Source of the DNA: Rebecca billardiae RCC1528
Lineage: Eukaryota; Protista; Haptophyta
Direction: 5' to 3'
DNA length: 64,000 nt
Assembly (NCBI GenBank): GCA_965240325.2
Contig: OZ251222.1
Span: forward strand, 806,001-870,000
Part shown: piece after piece, positions 34,889 to 45,752 of the stretch
Layout of the letters: every line of letters begins with the position of its first letter
How positions within the stretch are numbered: the stretch's first letter is position 1
Notes under the pieces: model-generated
Told to the model about the DNA's origin: nothing
Database searches by the model: none
Seen by the model: the letters and a program-made list of their open reading frames with translations, nothing else
Program-made: the position numbers and the translations under genes

Positions 34889-35917
34889 ATGGGCAAGAAG
34901 AAGAGCTCGGCGCGCGGCGCGGCGTCCTCGTCCGCCTCGGCGTCGTCGGCAGAGGCGCAGTCGACGCTCAAGACCGCGTCTGACGCGCTGCAGCGCCTGC
35001 TCTCCGCGCCGCCCCTCTCGTCCATCCCCGAGAAGCGGCGCGGCCTGATGCGCATCCTCGCGGAGCCCGAGATCAACCTGCTCGCGCTCCGAGCCATCGA
35101 GCCGGACGCGACGTATCGCAAGGAGGTGGAGGAGGAGAAGGTCCTGTGGGCGATCACGAGCCTCCTGGCCGCGCGCAGCCGCGCGTCCCTCGACGAGAAG
35201 GACGCGCCCCGGGAGTTTGTGGCCGCGTTCGGCCACGTGCTCGGGCACGTCCTCTGGTCCTCACACCGCCGCCTCGGGGGGTGCGACCGCGTGGCCCCGC
35301 CCGTGGCGCTGCCGAGCACCGACGAGGGCGCCAGCTCGGACGGCGACTCGGGCGACGAGGCCGAGTCGCCGCCGGGCGCGCCCGACGCCGCGCTGCTCTC
35401 GCGACTCGAGGCGCTCGAGGCGCGCGTGAAGGCGATGGTACCTGACGGGCCGGGCGCGGACCCGCTCGCCGTGATCGACGCGTCGCCCGTGGCGGCCGAG
35501 CTGAACAGCGCGGCGGTGCTGCTCCGCGCGTCCAAGCGGTGCCGCCGCGCCGCGTGCCGCCTCCTCTCCACGCGCGCCATGCTGCGCTTCACGCGCGCGA
35601 AGCGCCGCTCCGCGCCCGGCAGCGCGCAGCTGTCAGACGAGATTCTCGAGATACAGATCGACGCGGCGCTGATCGCCGCGCTGGCGGGCGGGTGGCACAA
35701 GGTGACCGACGCGTACCTGGCGCGCGGCGCCGCCGGGCTGCTGCGCCCCAGCCTCGCCGAGGCCGTCGCCGACCTCTCGTCGAGCATCGGCGTCGCGGCG
35801 CAGGGCCGCGGGCAGAAGTGGTCTGGCATGCTCGGCGCTGGTACGCACAGCACCGACCTGGCGCACGCGCTGCTCGAGCGCGCGCGGCACGGCTCGGCGG
35901 CGCTGCTGGGGCGGTAG
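34889..35917 (+). CDS. Hypothetical helical protein; possibly the N-terminal part of the downstream kelch-MYND gene (same frame, single TAG between)
   Basis: MGKKKSS.. ORF with coding-like GC3 bias; its TAG lies 21 nt before the in-frame ATG at 35939. Confidence 0.6.
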   Translation: MGKKKSSARGAASSSASASSAEAQSTLKTASDALQRLLSAPPLSSIPEKRRGLMRILAEPEINLLALRAIEPDATYRKEVEEEKVLWAITSLLAARSRASLDEKDAPREFVAAFGHVLGHVLWSSHRRLGGCDRVAPPVALPSTDEGASSDGDSGDEAESPPGAPDAALLSRLEALEARVKAMVPDGPGADPLAVIDASPVAAELNSAAVLLRASKRCRRAACRLLSTRAMLRFTRAKRRSAPGSAQLSDEILEIQIDAALIAALAGGWHKVTDAYLARGAAGLLRPSLAEAVADLSSSIGVAAQGRGQKWSGMLGAGTHSTDLAHALLERARHGSAALLGR

Positions 35918-35938
35918 CGCCCGCTCGCGTGGGCGGCG

Positions 35939-36684
35939 ATGACCGCCGACGCGCCGGCCGACGTGCAGCCCGGCCCGGCGCGGCGCATCGGCGCCGCGTC
36001 GGTCGTGGTCGGCTCGCGGCTCTTCGCATTCGGAGGGCTCGTGCCTTCGGGCGCGGAGAGCGGGATGGCGCGATGGCCGATGCGGCACTCGCTGCACCAC
36101 TTCGCGGGGTGCGCGACGCAGGGCGAGGTGCCGACGAGCGAGCTGCTCGTCCTCGACCTCGACACGCACCGCGCCCGCCGCGTGCCGCAGCCCGACCGCG
36201 CGCCGTGGCCGCCGCCGCGCGCGTTCGCGTGCCTCGCGCACGACGCGCAGGGCGACCGACTTGTGCTGCACGGCGGCCGCCGGCAGTGGTCGATGCTGAA
36301 CTACCGGCGGAGCGAGGGCGGGATGGACGACGTGTGGCTGCTCGATCTGCGGACCATGCGCTGGCGCGCGCTCCCCGGCGAGCACCCGGCCATCGAGATC
36401 CCGGGCCCGTGCGGCGTGCACGGCGGCGCTCTGTTTGTGATTGACCCGGGCTTCGAAGGCGCCGAGTTCTTGGATGAGGTGCCGGTGAGGCTTTGGCGGT
36501 GCGAGCTGGGGACGGGTCGGTGGAGCGTGGCGCCGAGTCGCGGCGGCAACGCGCCGCCGCGGCTGCGCTCGCCGCTCGCCGGCTGGATCCAGGACGCCAA
36601 GCTCTTCCTCTGGGCGCCCAACAAGTTCGGCCCGCCGGAGAAGCGGACACCAGTCAACACGAGCAGCCTGTGGGCAGTCGCGCT

Positions 36685-36722
<38 letters not shown>

Positions 36723-38231
36723 TGGAGTGGGGCGCGTGGGAGCAGTACGTGGCCATCGGCCCCGAGGAGGAGAGCGACGCGAAGCGCATCTTCCGGCTGG
36801 GCGGCACGGTGCATGGGCCCACCTCGGAGGCGACCGCGTGCTTCGAGCCGCGCACGCGCAAGGCCTACGTCTTCGGCGGCTGGTGCGCGCAAGCGCGCCC
36901 CGCGCGCGCCGAGCCAGCGGCCGCGCGCGCGCGCGCGCGCGCGCGGCCGCCGCCGCGCGCCGCCAACGCCCGCCGCGGCACGCTCGCCCGCGCGTGCCCG
37001 CAGGGACGCGGATCGGTACGACCACTCCGTCGACCCCGAGACCGGCCGTATGATCATCCTCACCGGCCGCTACTTCGCCAACTTGGTCGAGATCGACGTC
37101 GACGGCCGGCGCATCCGCGCGCTCGAGGCGCCGCTCGACTCGGCGCCGGGGCAGCCGCGCTGCCCGATCGCCGCGGTGCGCGGCGCGAGCGGGCCCGGGC
37201 CGCGCGGCTACCCCACCGTCGCCGCGTACTCGCCCGCCGACGGCCCCGCCCGCGTCCTCGTCGGCTTCGGCTACACCACGCTCGGCGCGAGCGGTTGGAA
37301 GTACGAAAACGTGCGCGCGCTCGGCGACGTGTGGCAGTGTGAGTTGCTGCCGGCGGGGGCGGCGGCGGCGGGGCCGGCGGCGGCGCTGCGCGCGGGCGCG
37401 GCGAGCAGCGGGCTCGGCGCGCTGGGCGGCGGCGCGGCGGGCACGAGCAGCAGCATCGCCGTCACGACGCAGCTCGACCTCTCCGGCATCTGGACGCGGC
37501 TGAACGCGCACCTCGTCGCTCACGCCGAGGTGCGCAACCGGGCGGGCGAGCTGCACCCGCCGGGCCGGAGGGGCGCGCTGCTCGGCGAGCTCACGCGCGG
37601 CATGAATGAGCCGGTCGAGTCTGAGCGCTTCTTCAGCGCGGAGCACCTGCGCTGGTACGAGTGGGACGAGCTGCTCGCGTACCTCCCGGGGCTGGAGCGC
37701 GTGGACGCAGAGACCTTCCACGGCGTGCGCGACACGGACCCCGCGCGCAGCTTCGCCCTCGTCTATGTCGGCATCAGCCCGGAGATGGGCGCGCGCGCGG
37801 CGGCGCACGTGCCGGCCGCCGCGCTGCCGCCGGGCGCGGTGCACAGGCCCTACCTCGTCTTCTACGGCAGCTACGGCCGGTACCGACCGGACGCGACGTA
37901 CGTCAGCCGGAACGCGGCGATGCGCGGCGAGCTGAAGACGTCGGCCGCGAGCGCGCAGGAGATGGCGCAGGGGCACAGCTTCGAGGTCCGGCCCGGCGCG
38001 GTGCTGCAGGTGTGCGCGCACTCGGGCTGCCCGACGCGCTTCAGCGAGTGCTTCGGCGGCGGCGCCGCCGCCGCGCTCAGCCCGGCGGAGCAGGCGTCGA
38101 AGCTGATGGCGTGCACAGGCTGCTATCGCGTGCGCTACTGCAGCGCCGCGTGTCAGAAAGCGGACTGGAAGGCTCACAAGCGCGCGTGTCGCGAGGCGCA
38201 GGCGGAGCACCGCGCAGCTGCCGCGCAGTGA
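35939..38231 (+). CDS. Kelch-repeat protein with C-terminal MYND zinc finger; exons 35939-36882, 37004-38231
   Basis: Kelch GG motifs (RLFAFGG, RLVLHGG..DDVWLLDL, KAYVFGG|WD, LVGFGY..LGDVW); MYND CAHSGC..LMACTGCYRVRYCSAACQKADWKAHKRAC; GT-AG intron 36883-37003. Confidence 0.8.
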
Positions 38232-38503
38232 CGATGTGAATAGATCGATGTGATGTTCATGTACTGACCACGAGCCGGAGGCGTCCACGCAACCGCCCTG
38301 GGTCGGTTGGACGAACGAAAGAACTAAGAAGCTGTATCATGCAGTTGTGCATGCGCATTCGTCTCATATCCACTCTATTAATACGAAAATGCCCACAATA
38401 TTCGGACTTTCCCTATGAAAAGTCAGCGGATCGAGGGCTACTTTTACTCCGAAAGTCAGCGGAGTCGTACTATCGTAAATAATTAAGAGCCGCGCGCGCG
38501 GCG

Positions 38504-40564
38504 ATGCCGATGGGGCGGCCCGTGCGCCAGCTCTACCTCGTGGCGAGCCTCACCACGTCGCCGACGCGCATCGGCGAGCTGAAGCCGACCCTCGACTCCC
38601 TCCGCCCCTCCCGCCAGCTCCGCTCCTTCGACGCGGTGCTGCTCACGCTGCCGCGCATCTTTGCGCGCACGGGCCAGGGCTACCCAGAGCCGTTGCCGCC
38701 GGCCGCGCTCGCGCCGCACGTGACCGTGCTGCGGTGCGAGGACGACTGGGGCCCGGCGACGAAGCTCGTGCCGGCCGTGCGCCACCTCTCCGTCGTGCGC
38801 ATCGACGCGATCGTCGCCGCGCTCGGCCTCCCCGCCGGCTCGCACCAGCAGGCGCTCGAGCGGACGCACATTGTGCTTGTGGACGACGACACAATCTACC
38901 CGGCGGGTATGGCGCTCTCACTGGCGAGGACGGCGATCCCGACGCGCTCGGAGTGCGCGGGCGGCTGGACGATCGTGCCGCGTACCGCCGCCGCGCACGA
39001 GGGGATCAAGCGCCAGGCGCAGCACCTCGGCCGCGTCCACGTCTGCGAGGGCTACAGCGGCTGGCGCGTGCCGCTGGCGCCGCTCGGCGGCGGCCGGCTT
39101 CGTGCGTTCGAGGCGCGGATGCGCGAGCTGAGCGCGGACCCGGACATCCGGCTGTCGGACGACCTGCTCGTCTCGGACTACCTCGCGCGCAGCGGCGTGG
39201 GCCTCGCGCACCACTCCACGCTCCACTTCCACCTGCTGCTCGTGCAGCAGCGGCAGCAGCTGAACAGGCGCGCGGATGCGCTGCACGCGATCAACACCTC
39301 AGGGGCCACGCACTGGGCGCGGTACGCGCGCGTGGTGCACGGGGGCAAGCTGGACGCGCTGCCCGATCCGGAGCGCTGGGACGAGCTGTGCCGCGCGCAG
39401 CGCCCGCCCGGAGCGCCGCCGCCGCGCGCCGGCGAGCGCGCGTGCGCGTGCGGCGCGGACGGCGCGAGGGGCGGCAGCAGAGGCGGCCGCGCCGGTCGGC
39501 ACAAGGCGGCGGGCAACGACACGGCGGCCGTGGCGGCGGAGGCGCTGTCGCACGCGGGCACGCTCGTGCTCGGCGACGAGCACTCGGGCGCGCGCACCCT
39601 CGCCGAGCTCATCGACGCCAACCTCGGCTGCGCCGGCCGCCCGGACGCGGCGGCAAGGGCTGCCGCACGGCGCGCGCAGCGGGACTGGGTGCGGCTTGGC
39701 GGCGCGGGCGCGGGCGCGGACGCGGTGCGTGCCAGCCTGCGGCTGCTGCGCGCGGAGATGCGACGGCCGGTGGTGCTGGTGGTGCGCGAGGTGCTGCGCT
39801 GGCTCAAGGCGCTGCACGCCACCGCCTCGCACGACGCCACGCTCAGCATGTCGCGCAGGATACGCGCCGCATTCGTCAGCGAGTCCTGGCAGCCGGCGCG
39901 CGCTTGGCTTGCGGGGGGCGGGTGCGGTGGCAACAGGAGCAGCGATGCCGCCGCCGCGCCCTCGAGCGCAGCCGGCGGCGGCCGGCGGCTGCGCGCCTCG
40001 CACACCCCGCGCACCTCGGCATGCGCCGAGCCGACGAGTGTGCAGCCGTTTGAGTCTGCAGTGGCCATGCGCACTGCAAGGCTGCGGCTTGTCAACGAGG
40101 CGTTCGGCCTGCGCGGCACGGCCGAGGGCGCCACGCCCGGCGGTGCCGCCGATCCCGTGCACATCGTCCGGTACGAGGACTTCGCCGACACGCCGGCCGC
40201 CGTCGCGTGTCAGCTGGGCGGCGCACTCGGACTGTGCGCGCGGCGTGCGCACGCACGGCTCGCGGTGGGCGGCGCGCCGGGCCCGGAGCGCGAGCTGCTG
40301 GACGGCGGCGTGCTCCGGATGCGCATGCAGCTGATGGACGTCTCCACCGCGCCGTGCACCGCGGCCACGTCGTTTACAGCCGACGCGCTCGACGCGGTCT
40401 TCGCCGCCGTGGACTGGAAGCTCGAGCGGCGCATCGGGTACCACGGGGAGTCCACGTACAGGCAGTGTGCCACACGTGGCGGCCAGCCGAGCCAGCTCGA
40501 GCAGCTGCGCGCCGCGTTCCATCCGTTCCTCAAGATGGCGATGCCGACTGAATCTTTGAACTAG
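38504..40564 (+). CDS. GT-A glycosyltransferase fused to a sulfotransferase-like domain
   Basis: N-half: VASLTTSPTRI, DWGPATKL, IVLVDDDTIYP, EGYSG, SDDLLVS. C-half: LGDEHSGARTLAELIDAN (5'-PSB-like), VVREVLRWLKAL (3'-PB-like), VRYEDF, VDWKLERRIGY. Confidence 0.7.
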   Translation: MPMGRPVRQLYLVASLTTSPTRIGELKPTLDSLRPSRQLRSFDAVLLTLPRIFARTGQGYPEPLPPAALAPHVTVLRCEDDWGPATKLVPAVRHLSVVRIDAIVAALGLPAGSHQQALERTHIVLVDDDTIYPAGMALSLARTAIPTRSECAGGWTIVPRTAAAHEGIKRQAQHLGRVHVCEGYSGWRVPLAPLGGGRLRAFEARMRELSADPDIRLSDDLLVSDYLARSGVGLAHHSTLHFHLLLVQQRQQLNRRADALHAINTSGATHWARYARVVHGGKLDALPDPERWDELCRAQRPPGAPPPRAGERACACGADGARGGSRGGRAGRHKAAGNDTAAVAAEALSHAGTLVLGDEHSGARTLAELIDANLGCAGRPDAAARAAARRAQRDWVRLGGAGAGADAVRASLRLLRAEMRRPVVLVVREVLRWLKALHATASHDATLSMSRRIRAAFVSESWQPARAWLAGGGCGGNRSSDAAAAPSSAAGGGRRLRASHTPRTSACAEPTSVQPFESAVAMRTARLRLVNEAFGLRGTAEGATPGGAADPVHIVRYEDFADTPAAVACQLGGALGLCARRAHARLAVGGAPGPERELLDGGVLRMRMQLMDVSTAPCTAATSFTADALDAVFAAVDWKLERRIGYHGESTYRQCATRGGQPSQLEQLRAAFHPFLKMAMPTESLN

Positions 40565-41044
40565 ACAGGCCCCTGCGGGCGGATGAAAGCGTGGTCGGCG
40601 TTCGGATGCCGGCTGAAGGCGAGCACAGCATCTCCCGTGCGGTCACATGTGACTATTGTGGCTTTGTGCCATTGTCGGACACTAGTAGTGTCACTACTAG
40701 TACTACTCATACTGTCTACTCACTAGTTCGCCCGTGAAGCTGGGAGCAACCAGCCGGGCCCTCGGCACGGCCATTGCGCGTACCCTCGGGGGCAAGCCGC
40801 CACCATCAGAATGCCCAGGATCATGATCATCACTAAGACTATCATTCCAGCCGGTGACTACTGCTCACCACTGGCCATCCGAGTGGCGCATTCAGTCGGA
40901 TTCCTTTGGGCGCATCCTCGTGATTTTCATTCATATCAGTTTTTCACGGACGACGAAAGAATACTTTTCCATCGTCATTGGCGTGGGCTGTGGCACACGG
41001 TGGCAGGAGTGCTCCAGCGGAGCGGGCTCATCGCTCCGAGCACG

Positions 41045-41674
41045 ATGGCGCAGCTGCCCCGCCGCCCGAAAAGGATCGACGGAGTTTCGGACGCTGGCTC
41101 CCTCGTCGGGTTGCAGGCCGCCTTGTACGAGTCCGAGCAGCGCAGGCGTACTGGTGGCAGCCTGGACGGCCCTGTCGAACGGCGCGCTGAAAAGCGAGAC
41201 CTCTTTTCCAAGCGCAACGAGGGCGTGGAAGCGCGCGATGAACGCGTCCGTCTCGTCGAGGCCGCGGAGACAGCGGCCACGGAGGGCGCGCTTGCGCGCA
41301 AGGCTGCGCGTTATGAGCAGCTGATGCGTGGTGACGTCGCAGAGCCAGGCGACGGCGGCGACTCGGTCATCGACTGGGAGCGCAAGCAGCTTGATGGCAG
41401 CTGTCTCGTGAGCGACGACATGCGCCGTGATGCTGAACGGCGCCAGTGGGAGGCAGATGCGTCGAGGCAAATCTCGGCGACACAACGCGCTCCCGAGGCC
41501 AGTAATTCTGCCGTCAAGCACTTCCTGTCCGAAGTCGTCGCCGAGACAGAGGCGGGCCGGGCGCAGCTGGCGGCAAGCCGGAGCAAACGTGAGCGCGAGC
41601 GGCAAACACGGGCGGAGATGATCGCAGCCAAGCGCCAGCAGGCTGCTGCGAAGCGGGCAGATGCGCAGAGGTAA
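41045..41674 (+). CDS. CCDC174-like coiled-coil protein
   Basis: SLVGLQAALYESEQ, LFSKRNEGVEARDER, ALARKAARYEQL, VIDWERK; ATG at 41045. Confidence 0.65.
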   Translation: MAQLPRRPKRIDGVSDAGSLVGLQAALYESEQRRRTGGSLDGPVERRAEKRDLFSKRNEGVEARDERVRLVEAAETAATEGALARKAARYEQLMRGDVAEPGDGGDSVIDWERKQLDGSCLVSDDMRRDAERRQWEADASRQISATQRAPEASNSAVKHFLSEVVAETEAGRAQLAASRSKRERERQTRAEMIAAKRQQAAAKRADAQR

Positions 41675-42149
41675 AGTCGCCATCACAAGTGCGCGATCGA
41701 GCCGGTGAGCGCGATACATCTGCTCATGCGGATGCGCTGCAGCAGGGCCGCCCCCGGGCCGGGGCGGCCGGGCCTTGGCCCTGGCCCTTGCCCTTGTGCC
41801 CCTTGTCCGCTTGTCGCCCGCGGGCGCGCGAGTCTCCGTGGACTCGGCCGCGCGGCCCGCGGCCCGCGGGCGGCGCGGCGCTGGCACGGGCGGTGGGCGC
41901 GGGCCGCGGGCGCGGTGGCGCGCAGACGTCATCAGCAGTGGTTGCTGCTGACAGTAGTAAAAGTAACTGTCGTCATCAAAAACTTCCGCCAGTTCTGAGT
42001 GGCACTTCCGGGAAGTCGGATGCGGGATGCCAGTAGCTACTGAGTACTGAGTACTACAGGTACGGGCGTCAGACTGTAGCTTAGTCTGATATATGTAGCT
42101 GTACCGATTATTACAGTAACGGATTACTAATCGGAATTATAAATAAGTG

Positions 42150-43446
42150 ATGGCCCGCGGTGCAGGGCGGAGCGCGCAGCGTGGAGCCCGCACCAGCGGG
42201 CCCGAACCACGTTTCAAAAAGATCTTTGATCAAGAAAAAAGGGACGGGGGGCGGCGGAAAAAAAGGGACGGGGGGCGATTTTTAGGGCTGGCGGAGACCG
42301 AGTTTCGAGTTTTTGAGATCGCATTGAGAGGTCTATCAGGCCAAAAAAAAGCGCGCCCAGCTGATTCCCTTAAGTAAAGTGCGATCTGGACGTCAGCTGG
42401 ACGTGACATTAGTGTAACGGTTCGTTACGAGCGAATCGTACTCGTCTTCCCGGATCGCGTGACGTCCGGACTGGGCCACATCCGGATCGTCGGAGGTGAG
42501 TGGTGACGTGCCCCGGCACGATGGGCGATGGCGGATATGCGGGACGGCGCCTGCACGTGCCTCCGGACCCGCCTCCCGCTTGCTGCTCACGCAGTCAGCT
42601 GCGACCGTGGCGCATGATCGCAGAAGCAGTGCCGGCAGTACGGCCTGCATCAGCTAGTGCCGCGCCGTCGTGGCGCGCGCGGTACGGTTGCGCGTTTGCA
42701 GCGCTCGCCGCTCGGGCTCGGCGACGGCACGCGCGTGCGGCTCAGGTGTGTCAAATGCGGTCTCGTCGGCGCGCTTTCGCCTGCCACCTCGTGCACCCGT
42801 GCCGCCAGTTTCATCGTCTTCATGAGGACTGCTGCTGCTGTCGCCATCCGCTCTCCATCACCCCGAGTCGCCGGTCGCGCGGCGCGCGCGGTAGGCACTA
42901 GGCAGGGCGTACGGTCACTCACCCGTGCAACGGGTCAAGTGGCCAGAGTACGTCTGGTCGTTGGCTGGCACGGGCCGCAGCGCTAAAGCACCCTGCTGTC
43001 ACACCCGACTCCTTCAGTACTCCGAGCTCCGCGGCACGACTCACTCGGCACGATCGCGGACGGGTCGGATCCGAGCTGATCAGCCAGAGTTGGACACAGT
43101 TTGGCAGCTACTAGTAGTAATTCCGATGCCGATGGCACGATCGCGGACGGGTCGGATCCGAGCTGATCAGCCAGTTGGACATTTGGCAGCTAGTTGTCAG
43201 ACGGACGTCCGATTTGACGACCGGTGCCGGGTGCGGTCTCAGGTCCGCTGCTGTGATTGTGTGAAGTGTGAATGAGTCTCGCGGTCGCGCAGGCAGGGCG
43301 ACGGTCGGACTAATATAGCTTCAGTCATCTCAGAACCGACTTCAACTGGCGAACTGCCACTACGGCGGAGAGCCGCGATTGCACGGCCACCGCGGGCCCC
43401 CAACTGCGTTGATTCTATGCAGAAAAGGACCGCGGAACGCGGTCAT
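42150..43446 (+). mobile_element. Non-autonomous hairpin-ended element, copy 1 of a tandem pair
   Basis: Starts ATGGCCCGCGGTGCAGGGCGG and ends ..GGACCGCGGAACGCGGTCAT; near-identical to 43479-44683; both ends shared with 14157-15739; AT-rich flanks. Confidence 0.85.
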
Positions 43447-43478
43447 ATATATATATATATAGATAACGCTGTTAAGTT

Positions 43479-44683
43479 ATGGCCCGCGGTGCAGGGCGGA
43501 GCGCGCAGCGTGGAGCCCGCACCAGCGGGCCCGAACCACGTTTCAAAAAGATCTTTGATCAAGAAAAAAGGGACGGGGGGCGGCGGAAAAAAAGGGACGG
43601 GGGGCGATTTTTAGGGCTGGCGGAGACCGAGTTTCGAGTTTTTGAGATCGCATTGAGAGGTCTATCAGGCCAAAAAAAAGCGCGCCCAGCTGATTCCCTT
43701 AAGTAAAGTGCGATCTGGACGTCAGCTGGACGTGACATTAGTGTAACGGTTCGTTACGAGCGAATCGTACTCGTCTTCCCGGATCGCGTGACGTCCGGAC
43801 TGGGCCACATCCGGATCGTCGGAGGTGTGACGTGCCCCGGCACGATGGGCGATGGCGGATATGCGGGACGGCGCCTGCACGTGCCTCCGGACCCGCCTCC
43901 CGCTTGCTGCTCACGCAGTCAGCTGCGACCGTGGCGCATGATCGCAGAAGCAGTGCCGGCAGTACGGCCTGCATCAGCTAGTGCCGCGCCGTCGTGGCGC
44001 GCGCGGTACGGTTGCGCGTTTGCAGCGCTCGCCGCTCGGGCTCGGCGACGGCACGCGCGTGCGGCTCAGGTGTGTCAAATGCGGTCTCGTCGGCGCGCTT
44101 TCGCCTGCCACCTCGTGCACCCGTGCCGCCAGTTTCATCGTCTTCATGAGGACTGCTGCTGCTGTCGCCATCCGCTCTCCATCACCCCGAGTCGCCGGTC
44201 GCGCGGCGCGCGCGGTAGGCACTAGGCAGGGCGTACGGTCACTCACCCGTGCAACGGGTCAAGTGGCCAGAGTACGTCTGGTCGTTGGCTGGCACGGGCC
44301 GCAGCGCTAAAGCACCCTGCTGTCACACCCGACTCCTTCAGTACTCCGAGCTCCGCGGCACGACTCACTCGGCACGATCGCGGACGGGTCGGATCCGAGC
44401 TGATCAGCCAGTTGGACATTTGGCAGCTAGTTGTCAGACGGACGTCCGATTTGACGACCGGTGCCGGGTGCGGTCTCAGGTCCGCTGCTGTGATTGTGTG
44501 AAGTGTGAATGAGTCTCGCGGTCGCGCAGGCAGGGCGACGGTCGGACTAATATAGCTTCAGTCATCTCAGAACCGACTTCAACTGGCGAACTGCCACTAC
44601 GGCGGAGAGCCGCGATTGCACGGCCACCGCGGGCCCCCAACTGCGTTGATTCTATGCAGAAAAGGACCGCGGAACGCGGTCAT
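43479..44683 (+). mobile_element. Non-autonomous hairpin-ended element, copy 2 of the tandem pair
   Basis: Same termini; lacks the ~87-nt internal duplication and the 5-nt insertion present in copy 1. Confidence 0.85.
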
Positions 44684-44746
44684 TTATAATAAATTTTGAA
44701 TTGTTATTAATAACGGAACGGTTATTACAGCTATAATACTGAATAT

Positions 44747-45448
44747 TCAGAGTCCAGCCGGTTCCTGGGACCCTGCAGCCTGACACTCAGACTGCTCGCC
44801 GGGTTCAATGCCAGCAGGCCGCGGATGCTCGTCGCGTTCGGGCCGTTCGGCAGCCGGTGCTGCCGCGGCATTGTGCGACACGTGGTCGCTGGCGTCCTTG
44901 CTCTCTCGAGCGCGCTTGCGTGATTCCTCGCGTCGCTCGCGCTCGCGCTCGATACTCTCTAGCTTCTGCTCGAGACGTTCTTTGAGAGTCCCCCTGTCAC
45001 CCGTCAGGCGCTCACTCTCCTTCGGAAAGATCACAGCCAAGTACACTTCGTCGGTGGGCAGCTTGTTCAAGAGCTCGGGCTGCTCGACCAGGGCCTCGTT
45101 GACCTCGATGAGGATGCCGCGGATGCACGCGCGCATCATGTGCGTGGAGCCGTCGCTACACGTGATGACGCACAGCTTGTCGTCCTCCTGCATGAACTGG
45201 CCACCGCGCTTGCGCTTGCCCACGACTTCGTTCTTGGTGAGGTCGCGCTTCCCGGCCTCGAAGCTCACGCTGATGACCGAGCGCGACTCGGCGAACATGG
45301 GGTGCGTTGGCGCCACACCGACGACCACTACGCCATTGGAGTGGTTGTGTACCACCTGATGCAGCAGCGCCGAGGTCGCCGAGGCGTAGGTGCGCTCCAC
45401 CGCGTTCGCAAACTTGGGCCGTGTCGAGCGAGCTTGGGCCGTCGCCAT
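44747..45448 (-). CDS. ABITRAM: ABITRAM/FAM206A (Simiate) homologue
   Basis: HSNGVVVVGVAPTHP, NEVVGKRKRGGQ, LCVITCSDG, RACIRGILIEVNEAL..PELL..YLAVIFPK; alternative ATG at 45490. Confidence 0.85.
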   Translation of the reverse strand: MATAQARSTRPKFANAVERTYASATSALLHQVVHNHSNGVVVVGVAPTHPMFAESRSVISVSFEAGKRDLTKNEVVGKRKRGGQFMQEDDKLCVITCSDGSTHMMRACIRGILIEVNEALVEQPELLNKLPTDEVYLAVIFPKESERLTGDRGTLKERLEQKLESIERERERREESRKRARESKDASDHVSHNAAAAPAAERPERDEHPRPAGIEPGEQSECQAAGSQEPAGL

Positions 45449-45752
45449 CGCCGGAGCAGGAGCTGGCGGAGCTCCGCGCCCCCGTATCATTTCTCACTGT
45501 CTGACTGACTTCATTGAGCCAGTCATCCCTCTATGAGCGTGATGACGTGCTCACTCACACAACAGTCAACACTTACGTGGCGAGCGGGGCTCTGCTTGCG
45601 ACTCGGCGGCAGCAGGGGCCGCGCGCGCAGCGGGCGTTCGGCCGCGGCCCACGCGACCGCCTCGCAAGCGTGCCGAAAGGGCCCTGAAGCGCCTCCCCCC
45701 GCTCCACACACCAGGTGCCGCGCCTCGCGCTCACCGACTCCAAGGACCGAAG

